From a virus (Duplodnaviria; Caudoviricetes), in IMG/VR virus record IMGVR_UViG_3300037851_000524, positions 1 through 37,360 of that record: 37,360 nt of DNA; one strand, written 5' to 3'. Shown here piece after piece: positions 18,550 to 28,370 of this stretch. The notes under the pieces were generated by a model, which was not told the origin of the DNA, searched no databases, and worked only from the letters and a program-made list of their open reading frames with translations. Every line of letters starts with the position of its first letter. Position 1 is the first letter of the stretch. The position numbers and the translations under genes are program-made.

Positions 18550-18868
18550 ATTTGAATCGAAGGCGACCGAAACGGCAGTCGAGCCGGTCATTCGGGAGAT
18601 TGAACCTCCGAAACCGGCGACCCGTCCGTTAAGCGAGTCAGTCAAATTCATCAAATGCGTTTACTCCGGCCCGGTCAAGGTCAATTGTCCATCCGGCAAG
18701 CGTTTCAGTTTTGCGCCGGGCCAAATCCAGCCGGTCCACAATCCGGCGGATTATCATTACCTGCTGGCCTTGAAACGCAATCCGGGGCCGGGCTGTTGCG
18801 CCTCGGCGGGCACACCGGCCCAGGATCGCTTCTACTTCGAGGCGGTAGAGTTCAAACAGGAGGTTTAA
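18539..18868 (+). CDS. Hypothetical protein (PSGK...CC motif; paralog of 6680-6940)
   Basis: Coupled ORF before the tail tube gene. Confidence 0.7.
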   Translation: MKAKFESKATETAVEPVIREIEPPKPATRPLSESVKFIKCVYSGPVKVNCPSGKRFSFAPGQIQPVHNPADYHYLLALKRNPGPGCCASAGTPAQDRFYFEAVEFKQEV

Positions 18869-18869
18869 T

Positions 18870-19496
18870 ATGACGCTTGTAACCGGCACTCCGCTGGGAA
18901 CGATCAATGCCCAGGACGACATCTACCTGGACACCGCTCCCAGCCTGTGGTTTCAGGATTTTCTAGCCAATGAGTTAAACAACCCCGACGGCGACGGCTT
19001 CTATTGGGGCTTGACCGGCACGACCACTTATCCGGCTTACGCCCTGGAATGTTACGAGGGCGTGGCCCTGACCACCTCGTATGAAGGTACGAATATCCGC
19101 TGTGATACCGTTGGCGACAAGGGCCAAATTCAGAAGTTGTCTTACCTGGATTTGACTTTCACGCTCAAGACGATGTTACCGTTGGACACTCTGACCAGAA
19201 TTCTGCGAGGGGGGGCAGTCACCACGACTGTCGGGGCGACCGAGAAAATGGGCATCGGCCAGCCAAATAACCAACAGTATTGGCACGTCTACGGGGCGGT
19301 CGTCTACGACGAAACGGCGGGTGACTACATCAACTTCACCGCCCACCGCTGCCAGTTCGTGGACGCCTGGACGCTGACCTTTGCCTATGGCGCACCGTCT
19401 ACCCTGTCGGTGACGCTCCGGGCATTTGCCGATACCACCAAGCCGGCAGACCAGTTGTTCATGACCATCGTCCGGGCCGACCCATCGGCTATCTAA
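18870..19496 (+). CDS. Major tail tube protein
   Basis: Strong AGGAGG RBS, 208 aa, T/G-rich beta protein, biased codons, between terminator and chaperones. Confidence 0.8.
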   Translation: MTLVTGTPLGTINAQDDIYLDTAPSLWFQDFLANELNNPDGDGFYWGLTGTTTYPAYALECYEGVALTTSYEGTNIRCDTVGDKGQIQKLSYLDLTFTLKTMLPLDTLTRILRGGAVTTTVGATEKMGIGQPNNQQYWHVYGAVVYDETAGDYINFTAHRCQFVDAWTLTFAYGAPSTLSVTLRAFADTTKPADQLFMTIVRADPSAI

Positions 19497-19499
19497 AGG

Positions 19500-20177
19500 A
19501 TGCACTATCTTGAGATGTCTGACCCCAATCAGGGAGCGGTGATACAAGGTCAACTTGTACCCCGCTCCCGGTTGGGCGTTCATTTGCAGCTTGGGCGCTT
19601 GCTCCAACAGATCAACCGGGCATTAGATGACAAAGACATTGCAGTGACGGTTGACCTGATGAGGCAATATTTCAAGCTGTGCGGCTGGCAGGCGGACGGC
19701 AAAAGCGGCCTTGAACAATTGCGGGCGTTTCTACAGTTGGCCGAGTTGAATCGCAGCCTGGTGACAATGGCCTGGCAGCGGGCGACAATGCCAACCGACC
19801 CCCAGGGGAAGCCCACCCCTTATGATTACCCTGGCCGGGGTTGGGCCTGGCAGATTCACAAACTGGCAAGCCGTTACGGGTGGAGTCCGGCACAGGTATT
19901 CGGCCTGTGGCCGGAAGAGGCAGCGGCCTATCTGCAAGAGATTATGATTGCGGAATATGACGAGGCGGACGAGCGGCGTAGCTTATCCGAGTTGGCCTAT
20001 CATTACGACAAAAACAGCAAAAAATCAACGTTCAGACCGATACCCCGGCCAAGCTGGATGAAGGATGACACCAGCGGCCAGCCGAAATTGCGCCGGGTGC
20101 GCCGGGATATGCTGCCAATAGGAAATATCATCAATCTGACAAATAAGACCAATGAAGATTTTGAATTTATTCAATAA
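19500..20177 (+). CDS. Tail assembly chaperone-like protein
   Basis: Position after the tube gene. 'HKLASRYGWSPAQVFGL' resembles gpT/gpE-type chaperone segments. Confidence 0.55.
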   Translation: MHYLEMSDPNQGAVIQGQLVPRSRLGVHLQLGRLLQQINRALDDKDIAVTVDLMRQYFKLCGWQADGKSGLEQLRAFLQLAELNRSLVTMAWQRATMPTDPQGKPTPYDYPGRGWAWQIHKLASRYGWSPAQVFGLWPEEAAAYLQEIMIAEYDEADERRSLSELAYHYDKNSKKSTFRPIPRPSWMKDDTSGQPKLRRVRRDMLPIGNIINLTNKTNEDFEFIQ

Positions 20178-20562
20178 ATCGGCTTCACTGACCATCGGCG
20201 GCCAGCCTTTCACCCCCCAACCGCTTGACCTTGAATCAACGCTGCGGCTGCTTTTTCTCATTGCACCCTACCTGCCATTTATCGAGGACGTCTTGAGCGA
20301 TTTTAACCGGGCGCTGGTCTACACCGGCGGCGATAGACCCCGGCTGCTATCGGCTATTATGCAGGCCGTTGCCGACCGGATGAAACCGCAGGACATCACG
20401 GCGGCTTTTGCTATTTTGCTACACAGGACACCGGAGGAGATGGCAGTGGTCAAGCCGGTTGAGCTAATTAAGGTGTTGCCGGTACTGGATGATATTAACG
20501 ACTTCGCCGGGTTGGTGACAACGGCCAAAGAATTGGGGTTGACGGTGCGCTATGCCAAATGA
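20152..20562 (+). CDS. Tail assembly chaperone-like protein
   Basis: Helical, 136 aa, immediately before TMP1. Confidence 0.55.
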   Translation: MKILNLFNKSASLTIGGQPFTPQPLDLESTLRLLFLIAPYLPFIEDVLSDFNRALVYTGGDRPRLLSAIMQAVADRMKPQDITAAFAILLHRTPEEMAVVKPVELIKVLPVLDDINDFAGLVTTAKELGLTVRYAK

Positions 20563-21982
20563 ACCGATAGAAGAACTTTACGTCTCAATAGGCGCTGACG
20601 TTTCCAAGCTACTGACCGACACCAAGAAAGGCGTGGCCGAGGCCGAAAAGGAGTTGAAGAAATTTGGCGACACGGCGGAGGATGCGCTAGGGCCGGCTAA
20701 CATTGACGAATTTCTGAAGAAAACCGCCAAGCTCAAAGAGGAAGTACAGAAGGCCAAAGAGAAAGCCGAGGAGCTTGGCGAAAAGTTCAAGCAGAGCGGT
20801 GAAAAGGCCAAAACCAGTTGGGGCGGCGTCAATCAGGTATTTAGCAAACTCAAAGTTATGTTTGGCGTCATTGCCGGTTTTTTGGCCGGTCAAAAGATTG
20901 TCGGCTTTTTCCAGAATATCGGGTCAGCCGCTATTGCCGCCAATGCTCAATTTGAAACGTTTCAAACTCAATTTGAGACGATGCTTGGCTCGGCCAGCGC
21001 CGCCCAACAGCGCATTGATGAACTGGCCGAATTTGGCGTCAAGACCCCATTTGAACTGCCTGAGATCGTGCAAGCCTCCCGGATGCTCGAAATGTTTGGC
21101 GGGGCGGCTCTATCAACGGGCGACAACCTGACAATGATTGGTGACATTGCCGCCGGGGTCAACCAGCCGTTTGCAGACGTGGCCATGTGGATCGGGCGGA
21201 TGTATGACGCGATGCAGGCGGGCCGGCCTTTTGGCGAGGCGTCAATGCGGTTACAAGAGATGGGCGCATTGTCCGGGCAGGCGCGGGCAGAACTGGAAAA
21301 GCTGCAAAAAGAAGGCGCGTCCGGTACGGTGATGTGGGAAAAATTCAACGAATTGGTTGGCGACAAATTTGCCGGCAATATGGAACGACTTAGCGCCACG
21401 TTCCAGGGCGTAATGAGCAACCTGCAAGATTTCCAGGGGATGTTGCTCAGGGAAGGCGGCGAAGCGTTTTTTGGGCAAATCCGGGATGACGCCAAAGAAC
21501 TGCTCGACATCATTTCAACTGAGGATATGAGCGGGGCAATTGTGGCCCTGGCTAAAGCCCTGGGCCAGGCGGCGGCGATGGCGACCGAATTGGCGACTAC
21601 GCCGCTGCTTGATAGCCTCAAAGAGATGGAGCCGGAAAAGATTCAGCAATTGGCCGATGCTGTTGAGGATACAGCTAAGGCCCTGGCCGAATATGCCGAA
21701 CTTGATACCACCGCCGACATTAACGGCCTGATTGATGTTTTGACCAGTCTCCTTGATAGCATCACAGCCGTTACCAATACAGCTAACCGGCTTAAGTCAA
21801 CTCTGGAAACTGTGGGTATAGATACAAAACCACTCAAGGATATTTTTATCAATATCCTCTTTCCGGTTTACCGGCTGGCCCTTTTTCAGGAATTACAATT
21901 AAAGGCCGAACTTTTACAATTCGATTATGGCACAATCGGGGCGGCAATGGCCCTAAAGAAACGAGGTATACACAATGGCTGA
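20552..21982 (+). CDS. Tape measure protein 1 (short, possibly truncated/chimeric)
   Basis: 'LYVSIGAD' start. TMP N-terminal domain 'FETMLGSASAAQQRIDELAEFGVKTPFELPEIVQASRML' and 'TFQGVMSNLQD'. Confidence 0.85.
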   Translation: MPNEPIEELYVSIGADVSKLLTDTKKGVAEAEKELKKFGDTAEDALGPANIDEFLKKTAKLKEEVQKAKEKAEELGEKFKQSGEKAKTSWGGVNQVFSKLKVMFGVIAGFLAGQKIVGFFQNIGSAAIAANAQFETFQTQFETMLGSASAAQQRIDELAEFGVKTPFELPEIVQASRMLEMFGGAALSTGDNLTMIGDIAAGVNQPFADVAMWIGRMYDAMQAGRPFGEASMRLQEMGALSGQARAELEKLQKEGASGTVMWEKFNELVGDKFAGNMERLSATFQGVMSNLQDFQGMLLREGGEAFFGQIRDDAKELLDIISTEDMSGAIVALAKALGQAAAMATELATTPLLDSLKEMEPEKIQQLADAVEDTAKALAEYAELDTTADINGLIDVLTSLLDSITAVTNTANRLKSTLETVGIDTKPLKDIFINILFPVYRLALFQELQLKAELLQFDYGTIGAAMALKKRGIHNG

Positions 21983-24410
21983 TAAATCAGGCGAAATCGA
22001 ACGGTTGTATGTATCTATTGGGGCCGATGTTACCGACCTGCTGAAAGAAACCAAGCAGGCCGTTAACGAGGCTGAGGACGATTTGGAGAAATTTGAGAAG
22101 ACCGGCAAGCGTTCTTTTGATAACGTCAAAAAGTCGGGGGTTGAATTTGGCCTTAAGGTGGCCGCCGCTATCGGCGCGGCCCTGGCCGCTATTGGCTCAC
22201 TTGTGGCCGGGATTAAGAAGGCGACTGATGCCGCTATCGGATTGAACGCCGCCCAAAATACCCTGGCCGGCAGCGCCGCCGCCGCCGCCCGCGAATTTGG
22301 GGCTGTGGTTGGCTCAAGCCAAAGTTGGGCGCAAACCGTGAAGGACCTCCGGGCCGAGCTTAAGGTATTTTCCGAACAGGAGTTGAACACCGCCGCCGCC
22401 CGGCTGGTCGATATGTCCAAGCGGTTAGGGTTGACTGAAGAACAAATGGGCGTGCTGCTACGCCGCAGCGCCGATCTTGCCGCCGGGAAAACTGACCTTG
22501 TCGGGGCAATCGAGCGCACGACCAGCGCCTTAAGAGGCGAGGCTGAATCGGCTGAATTTCTTGGCCTTAGCCTTAATGAGAACGCCGTCAAAGCCTATGC
22601 CGAAAGCCAGGGGATGGTCTGGAAAGAACTTGACGACGGCCAAAAGGCGCAGCAGCGTTACAACCTTTTTCTTGAGCAAACAAACGAGCTACAAGGCCGG
22701 GCCGCCAAATTTGCCGAAACCCTGGCCGGCAGCGAGGCCGCCCTTAACGCCGAAATTGAGGACCAGATAGCCTTGCTGGGCGAGCAATTGCTACCGTTAA
22801 GACAAGGCTATGTCGAAGCCCTGAAGGGGATTACCGGCGAAACCGAGGGCAGCGCCAGTATCATCACGAATGTTTTGGCCGGGATTGCCGCCGGCGCGGG
22901 CACGTTTGTCGAGGCAATCAAGGCCGCGTTCACCATTGCAAAGGCCGAATTTGCCGGACTCGCCGCCGCCGGGCAAGCCCTGATTAACTTTGAGAATCCC
23001 ATCACCGCCGCGCAAGAGGCAATGGCCCAATTTCAGGAAGAGGGCGAGCTTGCCGTGCTAGTGTTAAAGAATCTACCTAACATTGCCAGTCAAGCCTTTG
23101 ACCAAATCAAGCAAGGCTGGCAGGAGCAACGCGACGCCGCCAAGCAAGCCGGTAACGACCTGGCTAATAATGCGCCGGTAATACCGCCCGGCGCGGTCGA
23201 TAAAAACGCCGCCGAAATTGCCAAGCGATTCGGGGAACTTGGCGCAGAACTGCTAGACCTGCAAGCGGAAACAAACGCCACCCTTGAGAAGAATCAGAAT
23301 GAACACAACGCGGCAATGGCCGAAATCGAGGCCGAAGGGAACAAGGCCCGGCTGGAAATTAACGCCAAATATGACGAACAGTTAGCCAAAGGGCAGGCCG
23401 ATATTCTGAAGGATGCCCGCGCCGATCTGGAAAAACTGCAAGCCGATACTGACCGGCAACTGGCCCAGGACCGCAAAGATTTTCAAAAAGATGAACTGCG
23501 GGAAACCGAAGACCACCTTAAAGAAATGCGGGAGTTACGTTTCTCGTTTATCGACAATCTGGAGGACGCCGTTAAAGACCGGGACGCCGGGCGGGTGCGT
23601 GATTTACGCCGCCAGTATGAACGGGAACGCCAGGAACGGACCGATGATTTTAACACCCAACAGAGCCGGGACCGGGAAGATTTTAGCGAGAATCTACGCC
23701 AGGCAATCGAGGCTGAAGACCGCCGGGCGCAAGAGATTATAGACCGGCGCACCGAAGCCCTGACCGAACTTGAGCAGCGCACCGCGGAGGGGCGGCAACG
23801 GGAACTGGCTCAACTTGACGAAGCCCTGGCCGAACGCAAGCAAAGAGAAACGAATAATTTTAACGAGCGCCAGGCCGAACTTGAGCAAGCCCTATTCAAG
23901 CGCCTTGAAACCGAGGCCAAAGCCCTGGCCGATCAGGACAAAATCAACGAAGAGGGGGCGCAAGAGATTCTAGAAACCCTGGCCGAATATTTTGGCGAAG
24001 GTGGGCAAATCGACAAGCTGATGGAAGAATTTGCCGCCCGCCGCCGCCAGAAAATGACGCTGGAAATCGAATTCGAGGGGGGCGAATTGCCCACGTCGCC
24101 GCGCCGGTCGTCCGGGGGTGGTAATATCAATATGCCGCAACAGATACCCACGTTTCAACACGGCGGCACACTACTGGCGACCCGGCCCACCCTGGCCCAA
24201 TTTGGTGAAACGCCGGAACTTGTTCAGTTTATGCCGCTAAACCAGATGCGCCAGAACTTGAATTTTGAGCAAACCAAACGGCTGGAAATTGATTTAAGAA
24301 TGAGTGGTAGTGCACCACCGGGGGTACGCAGTACCGACCGGGACGCCATTGCCGGGGTGCTGGCTAATGCTCTTAGAGAGGCCGGGGTAATGTTATCCGC
24401 CGGTCGGTAA
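21975..24410 (+). CDS. Tape measure protein 2
   Basis: 'LYVSIGAD' start, 'ALRGEAESAEFLGLSLNE', long coiled coil, C-terminal 'FQHGG..LATRPTLAQFGETPELV..PL' TMP tail motif. Confidence 0.88.
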   Translation: MADKSGEIERLYVSIGADVTDLLKETKQAVNEAEDDLEKFEKTGKRSFDNVKKSGVEFGLKVAAAIGAALAAIGSLVAGIKKATDAAIGLNAAQNTLAGSAAAAAREFGAVVGSSQSWAQTVKDLRAELKVFSEQELNTAAARLVDMSKRLGLTEEQMGVLLRRSADLAAGKTDLVGAIERTTSALRGEAESAEFLGLSLNENAVKAYAESQGMVWKELDDGQKAQQRYNLFLEQTNELQGRAAKFAETLAGSEAALNAEIEDQIALLGEQLLPLRQGYVEALKGITGETEGSASIITNVLAGIAAGAGTFVEAIKAAFTIAKAEFAGLAAAGQALINFENPITAAQEAMAQFQEEGELAVLVLKNLPNIASQAFDQIKQGWQEQRDAAKQAGNDLANNAPVIPPGAVDKNAAEIAKRFGELGAELLDLQAETNATLEKNQNEHNAAMAEIEAEGNKARLEINAKYDEQLAKGQADILKDARADLEKLQADTDRQLAQDRKDFQKDELRETEDHLKEMRELRFSFIDNLEDAVKDRDAGRVRDLRRQYERERQERTDDFNTQQSRDREDFSENLRQAIEAEDRRAQEIIDRRTEALTELEQRTAEGRQRELAQLDEALAERKQRETNNFNERQAELEQALFKRLETEAKALADQDKINEEGAQEILETLAEYFGEGGQIDKLMEEFAARRRQKMTLEIEFEGGELPTSPRRSSGGGNINMPQQIPTFQHGGTLLATRPTLAQFGETPELVQFMPLNQMRQNLNFEQTKRLEIDLRMSGSAPPGVRSTDRDAIAGVLANALREAGVMLSAGR

Positions 24411-24578
24411 GGACAGGCCAAGCATAGCCAGGATAATGGCGGCGGAGCAGGAGATAGCCGGAATGACGATGAACGTAAAAATGAAAGCGACTGCAAAAAA
24501 ACCAATGCCAAAATTCCAGCCATCTCGAATCGACAGAACCGTATTGATTTTTGGTGAAAGTTTTTTCAATTCAGCCAT
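24393..24578 (-). CDS. Antisense small membrane protein between TMP and tail tip genes
   Basis: MAELKKLSPK... followed by a long hydrophobic segment. TTGTAT-18-TACAAT lies just upstream of ATG 24578. Confidence 0.55.
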   Translation of the reverse strand: MAELKKLSPKINTVLSIRDGWNFGIGFFAVAFIFTFIVIPAISCSAAIILAMLGLSLPTGG

Positions 24579-24597
24579 AAGGATATTGTAACCGACA

Positions 24598-24966
24598 ATG
24601 AGCGGTACATACAAACTGGACGGCCAATTATTCAGCAAAAATCCTATTGCCAAACGCTGGCAGCGGCAAAGAGTCGCTACCAGCGGAGTGGGCGAGTCGA
24701 TTTATAGTAACTTTTGGCGCATCGAACTATCATTCGGGGCGCTGGAAACTAACCCGGATGTAGCTTATTTCGAGGATAGATTTTTGGCCGGCGGCCTCCA
24801 TACCGCCATTTTGCCGCATCCCAAAACCGGCGAGTTGACGGGCTTCACAGGCGTAAATATTGCTGATTTTAATTACGAATTTACTGATGTCGATTCGGAC
24901 GGTTGGGGCGAGGGCGGACGAATGATATTAGATCATATTAGCCTGAGCGCAACCGGGACAGTATGA
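24598..24966 (+). CDS. Distal tail (Dit)-like protein
   Basis: 122 aa, directly after the TMP. Called from position and composition only. Confidence 0.55.
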   Translation: MSGTYKLDGQLFSKNPIAKRWQRQRVATSGVGESIYSNFWRIELSFGALETNPDVAYFEDRFLAGGLHTAILPHPKTGELTGFTGVNIADFNYEFTDVDSDGWGEGGRMILDHISLSATGTV

Positions 24967-27710
24967 GCAATCTTACTCCGCTTGAGTTTTACCTTTGTCC
25001 GCAACCCTCTACGACCGTTTTTACCGGTCTGGTCAATGGGACTCCGGCCAGTCCCTATATCAACATCCCCTTTGATACCGGCGTAACCGGTTCGTTTGGC
25101 AATCCTCTGGCCGGAATGACAGTTCTTTTTGGCTCGACCGCCGGGGGCAGCGAGCGGGGCAAGCGGCGGCTGCGTTCATTCCCCGGCGGCGCTGCCGGGA
25201 CGCTGGTTATTGACGAATCGGACGATGTTGGGCCGCTCATTCAAAACAATGACCATATTACCATCAAATGGGATATTCGCCTTTGGCCCAAATACCCCAA
25301 GTTCACCCAGAGCGGCCTTAATGTCACCATTAAAGAGGATTATGATGTTGCATACAGCAACCAGACGCTTAATTGGTATCCGGTTGCTGTTCCCGGTCCG
25401 CCGGGCGTTGGCTTTATTGAGGCGGGGCAGGCGCAAATCAGTTTTGTGGGCAACCAATCCTATGCCCTTGCTCCCGGCGCAACTTTATCAAGCTATCTCT
25501 GGACCGCTTACGACAGCGTTGAGGGCACATCCTCAAACGCCGGGACGGTGGCCAGCCCGGTAACGTTTAGTTGGACATCTCCCGGTTGGCATTTGGTTAG
25601 TTTACGAGTAATTGATAGCAATGGTAACCCCCACACCGGCTATACCTGGGCCATTACTATCGACCCAACCGACCCGGCGGCGACGGTGTTCATTGACTTC
25701 GACTCCATCAATGACAATATTGATTTCAACCAGGGTGGCGGAGAGGCGTCTTTTGTAGTTCGGGGAACTGACGCCAGCAAGACCCAATTCCCGGAAGAAT
25801 GTCTGGTAGTTAACGCCTGTAGGCCCGGATCGGCCCAAACGACGGCCACCGGTTGCTGGCCATACCGGGACAACGTTCTTTTTGTTGGCTACATATTGAG
25901 CAATTCAGTCCGGCAAAACCCGGACACCGGCGAGGTATCATTCAGAATCGGGACGATAGATAACATAATGCGTAACCTGTCAATGTTCCCGGCCAGTCTC
26001 AAGGATGCTACCACGCCAACGACCTGGGACACCGGCAAGCAATTGACCGTAGACCGCTGCGCCTCATTTCTCTACAAGTGGCGCTCAACGCTGGACGCAA
26101 TGACCAGCGTCATTCCGTCCAACGATACCCGGCGCATTTTTCGCCAGGATTTTGGGCCGACTGATTTATATTCGATGGTGCAAAATGAGCTGGTCGCCTC
26201 GATATTGGGCAAGGTCGTTAGCACCCATCAGAGCGTCCTTTATCACGTCATTGATTACAACCTGCAAAACACAACTGAGCGAGCGACGGCGACTACCCGC
26301 AAAACCTTACATAAGGGTATTTGGGTCAACGATGCTTTTATCGAGGAGCGCCACGATTACCAGTGGCCGGCCCGCCAGGTCAAAGCCAGCGGCATTTATT
26401 ACAACGGCCAACCAACTGAGGATATTTGCCCGCTATTCTCTGAAGCGCCGGGCGATGCGATGAAATCATACGGCAAGGAGATGAACTTCGACCGGCTCAT
26501 TTTATCCGGGCAAACTGATTTGAATGTCAGAACCGGGCATTTACTGGCTAAATTCAACCAGCGTTATCCAACTTACCGGATGTCATTCTTAAATGACGCC
26601 TCTTTCACCGTCGGGCCGCAAGATCTATTCCCCACCATTTTCGAGGCGACTGACAATAATCGGGAGTTGGCTTTGTCAGTTAATCTTATTCCCCGACGCA
26701 TCAATCGCCAATACGACCATGAGGGCGGCTTTTATCGGGTAGATGTCGAGTTCGAACCGGAATCGAGCGGTGAGCCGGGGGTGACGGTTGACATCCCTTG
26801 CGGGCCGCCGGAACAGAAATTGACTACAACGCCCGGCCCGCCGCTGGCAGTCGGTGGACCGGTGGCGCTGGCCTCGGCCACCACTGGCAGCAGCTACTAC
26901 TACGCCGCCGGGGTGGGGCAGGCGTGGACCAGGCGGGTAAGTGGACTGGTTGACCCCGATCAATTGGGTTTTGAAGATATGATACCCGACCCCTGGACAA
27001 CCTTTAAGCAGGGGTATAACCCGGATAACGTGATTATGTGGGGTTGCGGGCCAGGTTTCCTGGTGCGCTCAACCGACAGCGGTAAAAACTGGAACGACCG
27101 GACCGGCTTTCTGGATGCGCCAAATTGGGGCGCTGAAACCGGCACTATTGACGCTGTAACTATGCTACGGCTGGCGGCTGACATCTTTAGTGAAGATAGA
27201 CTGTATGTGTTGGCCGGCTGGCAGACGGGCGGTGAGTGGCGGGCGGCGGTCGCCAAAACATCAGATGGTTTTGATTACGAATGGCACAACCTGACCGGCT
27301 CGGCGCAGGTGCGCCCGCTGGGAATGAGCGTTGACCGGGGCAACGGCGGGCTGCTGTGGGTGACGACCTGGCATAACATCGGCACGGGCACGCTCTACCT
27401 AGAAAAACTAAACACCGGGGATATGAGCCACGCCGGGCGCTATAACCTGGGCGATGTCTCGGCCTCGGACATCGATAATCAAGTGTACTATGCTCACCCG
27501 TTCAACCGGCTTGGCGCGGTGGGGGAAGTGTTTGTCTACGGGAGAATGAACAATCCGCAGGAATTAAGCGGCACGGTTCACATTATGGTCAATACCGGCG
27601 CAGGTGTCACCGGGAGCTATAGCGTCATCGAGCGGCAATGGGGTAGTAATATTTGCGGCTCATTCGGAGCTGACACAGAAAGCAACTATTACGCCGTGAG
27701 GAATGGCTAA
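24963..27710 (+). CDS. Large tail tip/hub protein with PKD-like and BNR-like segments
   Basis: 'SYLWT...FSWTSPGWHLVSLRVIDSNG' (PKD-like) and 'RSTDSGKNW' (Asp-box/BNR). Position fits. Confidence 0.75.
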   Translation: MSNLTPLEFYLCPQPSTTVFTGLVNGTPASPYINIPFDTGVTGSFGNPLAGMTVLFGSTAGGSERGKRRLRSFPGGAAGTLVIDESDDVGPLIQNNDHITIKWDIRLWPKYPKFTQSGLNVTIKEDYDVAYSNQTLNWYPVAVPGPPGVGFIEAGQAQISFVGNQSYALAPGATLSSYLWTAYDSVEGTSSNAGTVASPVTFSWTSPGWHLVSLRVIDSNGNPHTGYTWAITIDPTDPAATVFIDFDSINDNIDFNQGGGEASFVVRGTDASKTQFPEECLVVNACRPGSAQTTATGCWPYRDNVLFVGYILSNSVRQNPDTGEVSFRIGTIDNIMRNLSMFPASLKDATTPTTWDTGKQLTVDRCASFLYKWRSTLDAMTSVIPSNDTRRIFRQDFGPTDLYSMVQNELVASILGKVVSTHQSVLYHVIDYNLQNTTERATATTRKTLHKGIWVNDAFIEERHDYQWPARQVKASGIYYNGQPTEDICPLFSEAPGDAMKSYGKEMNFDRLILSGQTDLNVRTGHLLAKFNQRYPTYRMSFLNDASFTVGPQDLFPTIFEATDNNRELALSVNLIPRRINRQYDHEGGFYRVDVEFEPESSGEPGVTVDIPCGPPEQKLTTTPGPPLAVGGPVALASATTGSSYYYAAGVGQAWTRRVSGLVDPDQLGFEDMIPDPWTTFKQGYNPDNVIMWGCGPGFLVRSTDSGKNWNDRTGFLDAPNWGAETGTIDAVTMLRLAADIFSEDRLYVLAGWQTGGEWRAAVAKTSDGFDYEWHNLTGSAQVRPLGMSVDRGNGGLLWVTTWHNIGTGTLYLEKLNTGDMSHAGRYNLGDVSASDIDNQVYYAHPFNRLGAVGEVFVYGRMNNPQELSGTVHIMVNTGAGVTGSYSVIERQWGSNICGSFGADTESNYYAVRNG

Positions 27711-28363
27711 TGCCGATCTGGACATTTGACATTGATGAAGATGGCTGGTCAATGGATAACCTGGCCGCCTGGGATGGCGCAGAAGGGCATCCCAACGTTG
27801 GCTCGATCAATCTTAAAGCCTTCATTGGTGACAACGGGGCGATGAGTATTTCGGGTTTATCGAGCCAGGAGAGCGAATTAACATTTTACGGTATTCAGGA
27901 GGCTTCATCCGAGGATGTAGTTTTTCATGTTTCAGCCACTTATGACGATGCCAGTAATGATGATGACTTTTTTACCGGTACGGCAAGCTGGTTGCAATAT
28001 ACGTTATCTCTAAATCCGGCCAAAACTATCACGGATTTAGCTTTCGAGGCCGCTTGTGGCACAGCGAACTTAAATACCTGGATTGATACCATTGATTTGG
28101 GCGGTGAAGCTGCCACCTATGCCAAGTTTTATTTTGGCGTTGGGCCGGGTGAGGGGGTGCTATCTGAAAAATTCGCTATGCCGTTTCCGGGGGTACGACC
28201 CGGCGCAATGACGCTCAATCAGAGTTTGGGTACAGTGGTCATTGGCGGCGATGAACCGGCAACCGAGGCGATTGTCTATAGCAACTATCCCTACGTGACC
28301 GGCACGGCGATGAGCGTAAACCATCCGACCGGGACAACGGTTACAAGCCTGAAATGGATTTAA
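27710..28363 (+). CDS. Minor tail protein (possible carbohydrate-binding jelly-roll)
   Basis: 'WTFDIDEDGW...WLQYTL...TWIDTI' pattern. Coupled to the tail tip gene. Confidence 0.6.
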   Translation: MPIWTFDIDEDGWSMDNLAAWDGAEGHPNVGSINLKAFIGDNGAMSISGLSSQESELTFYGIQEASSEDVVFHVSATYDDASNDDDFFTGTASWLQYTLSLNPAKTITDLAFEAACGTANLNTWIDTIDLGGEAATYAKFYFGVGPGEGVLSEKFAMPFPGVRPGAMTLNQSLGTVVIGGDEPATEAIVYSNYPYVTGTAMSVNHPTGTTVTSLKWI

Positions 28364-28370
28364 TTGACTT

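Noticed and set aside
22274-22290. GCC trinucleotide run as a phase-variable repeat
   Set aside because: It is an in-frame poly-Ala stretch in TMP2, and unit changes would not shift frame.
20968-22591. Long - strand ORFs (217 and 212 aa) opposite the TMPs
   Set aside because: Ser/Ala-rich antisense shadows of the helical TMP coding sequence.
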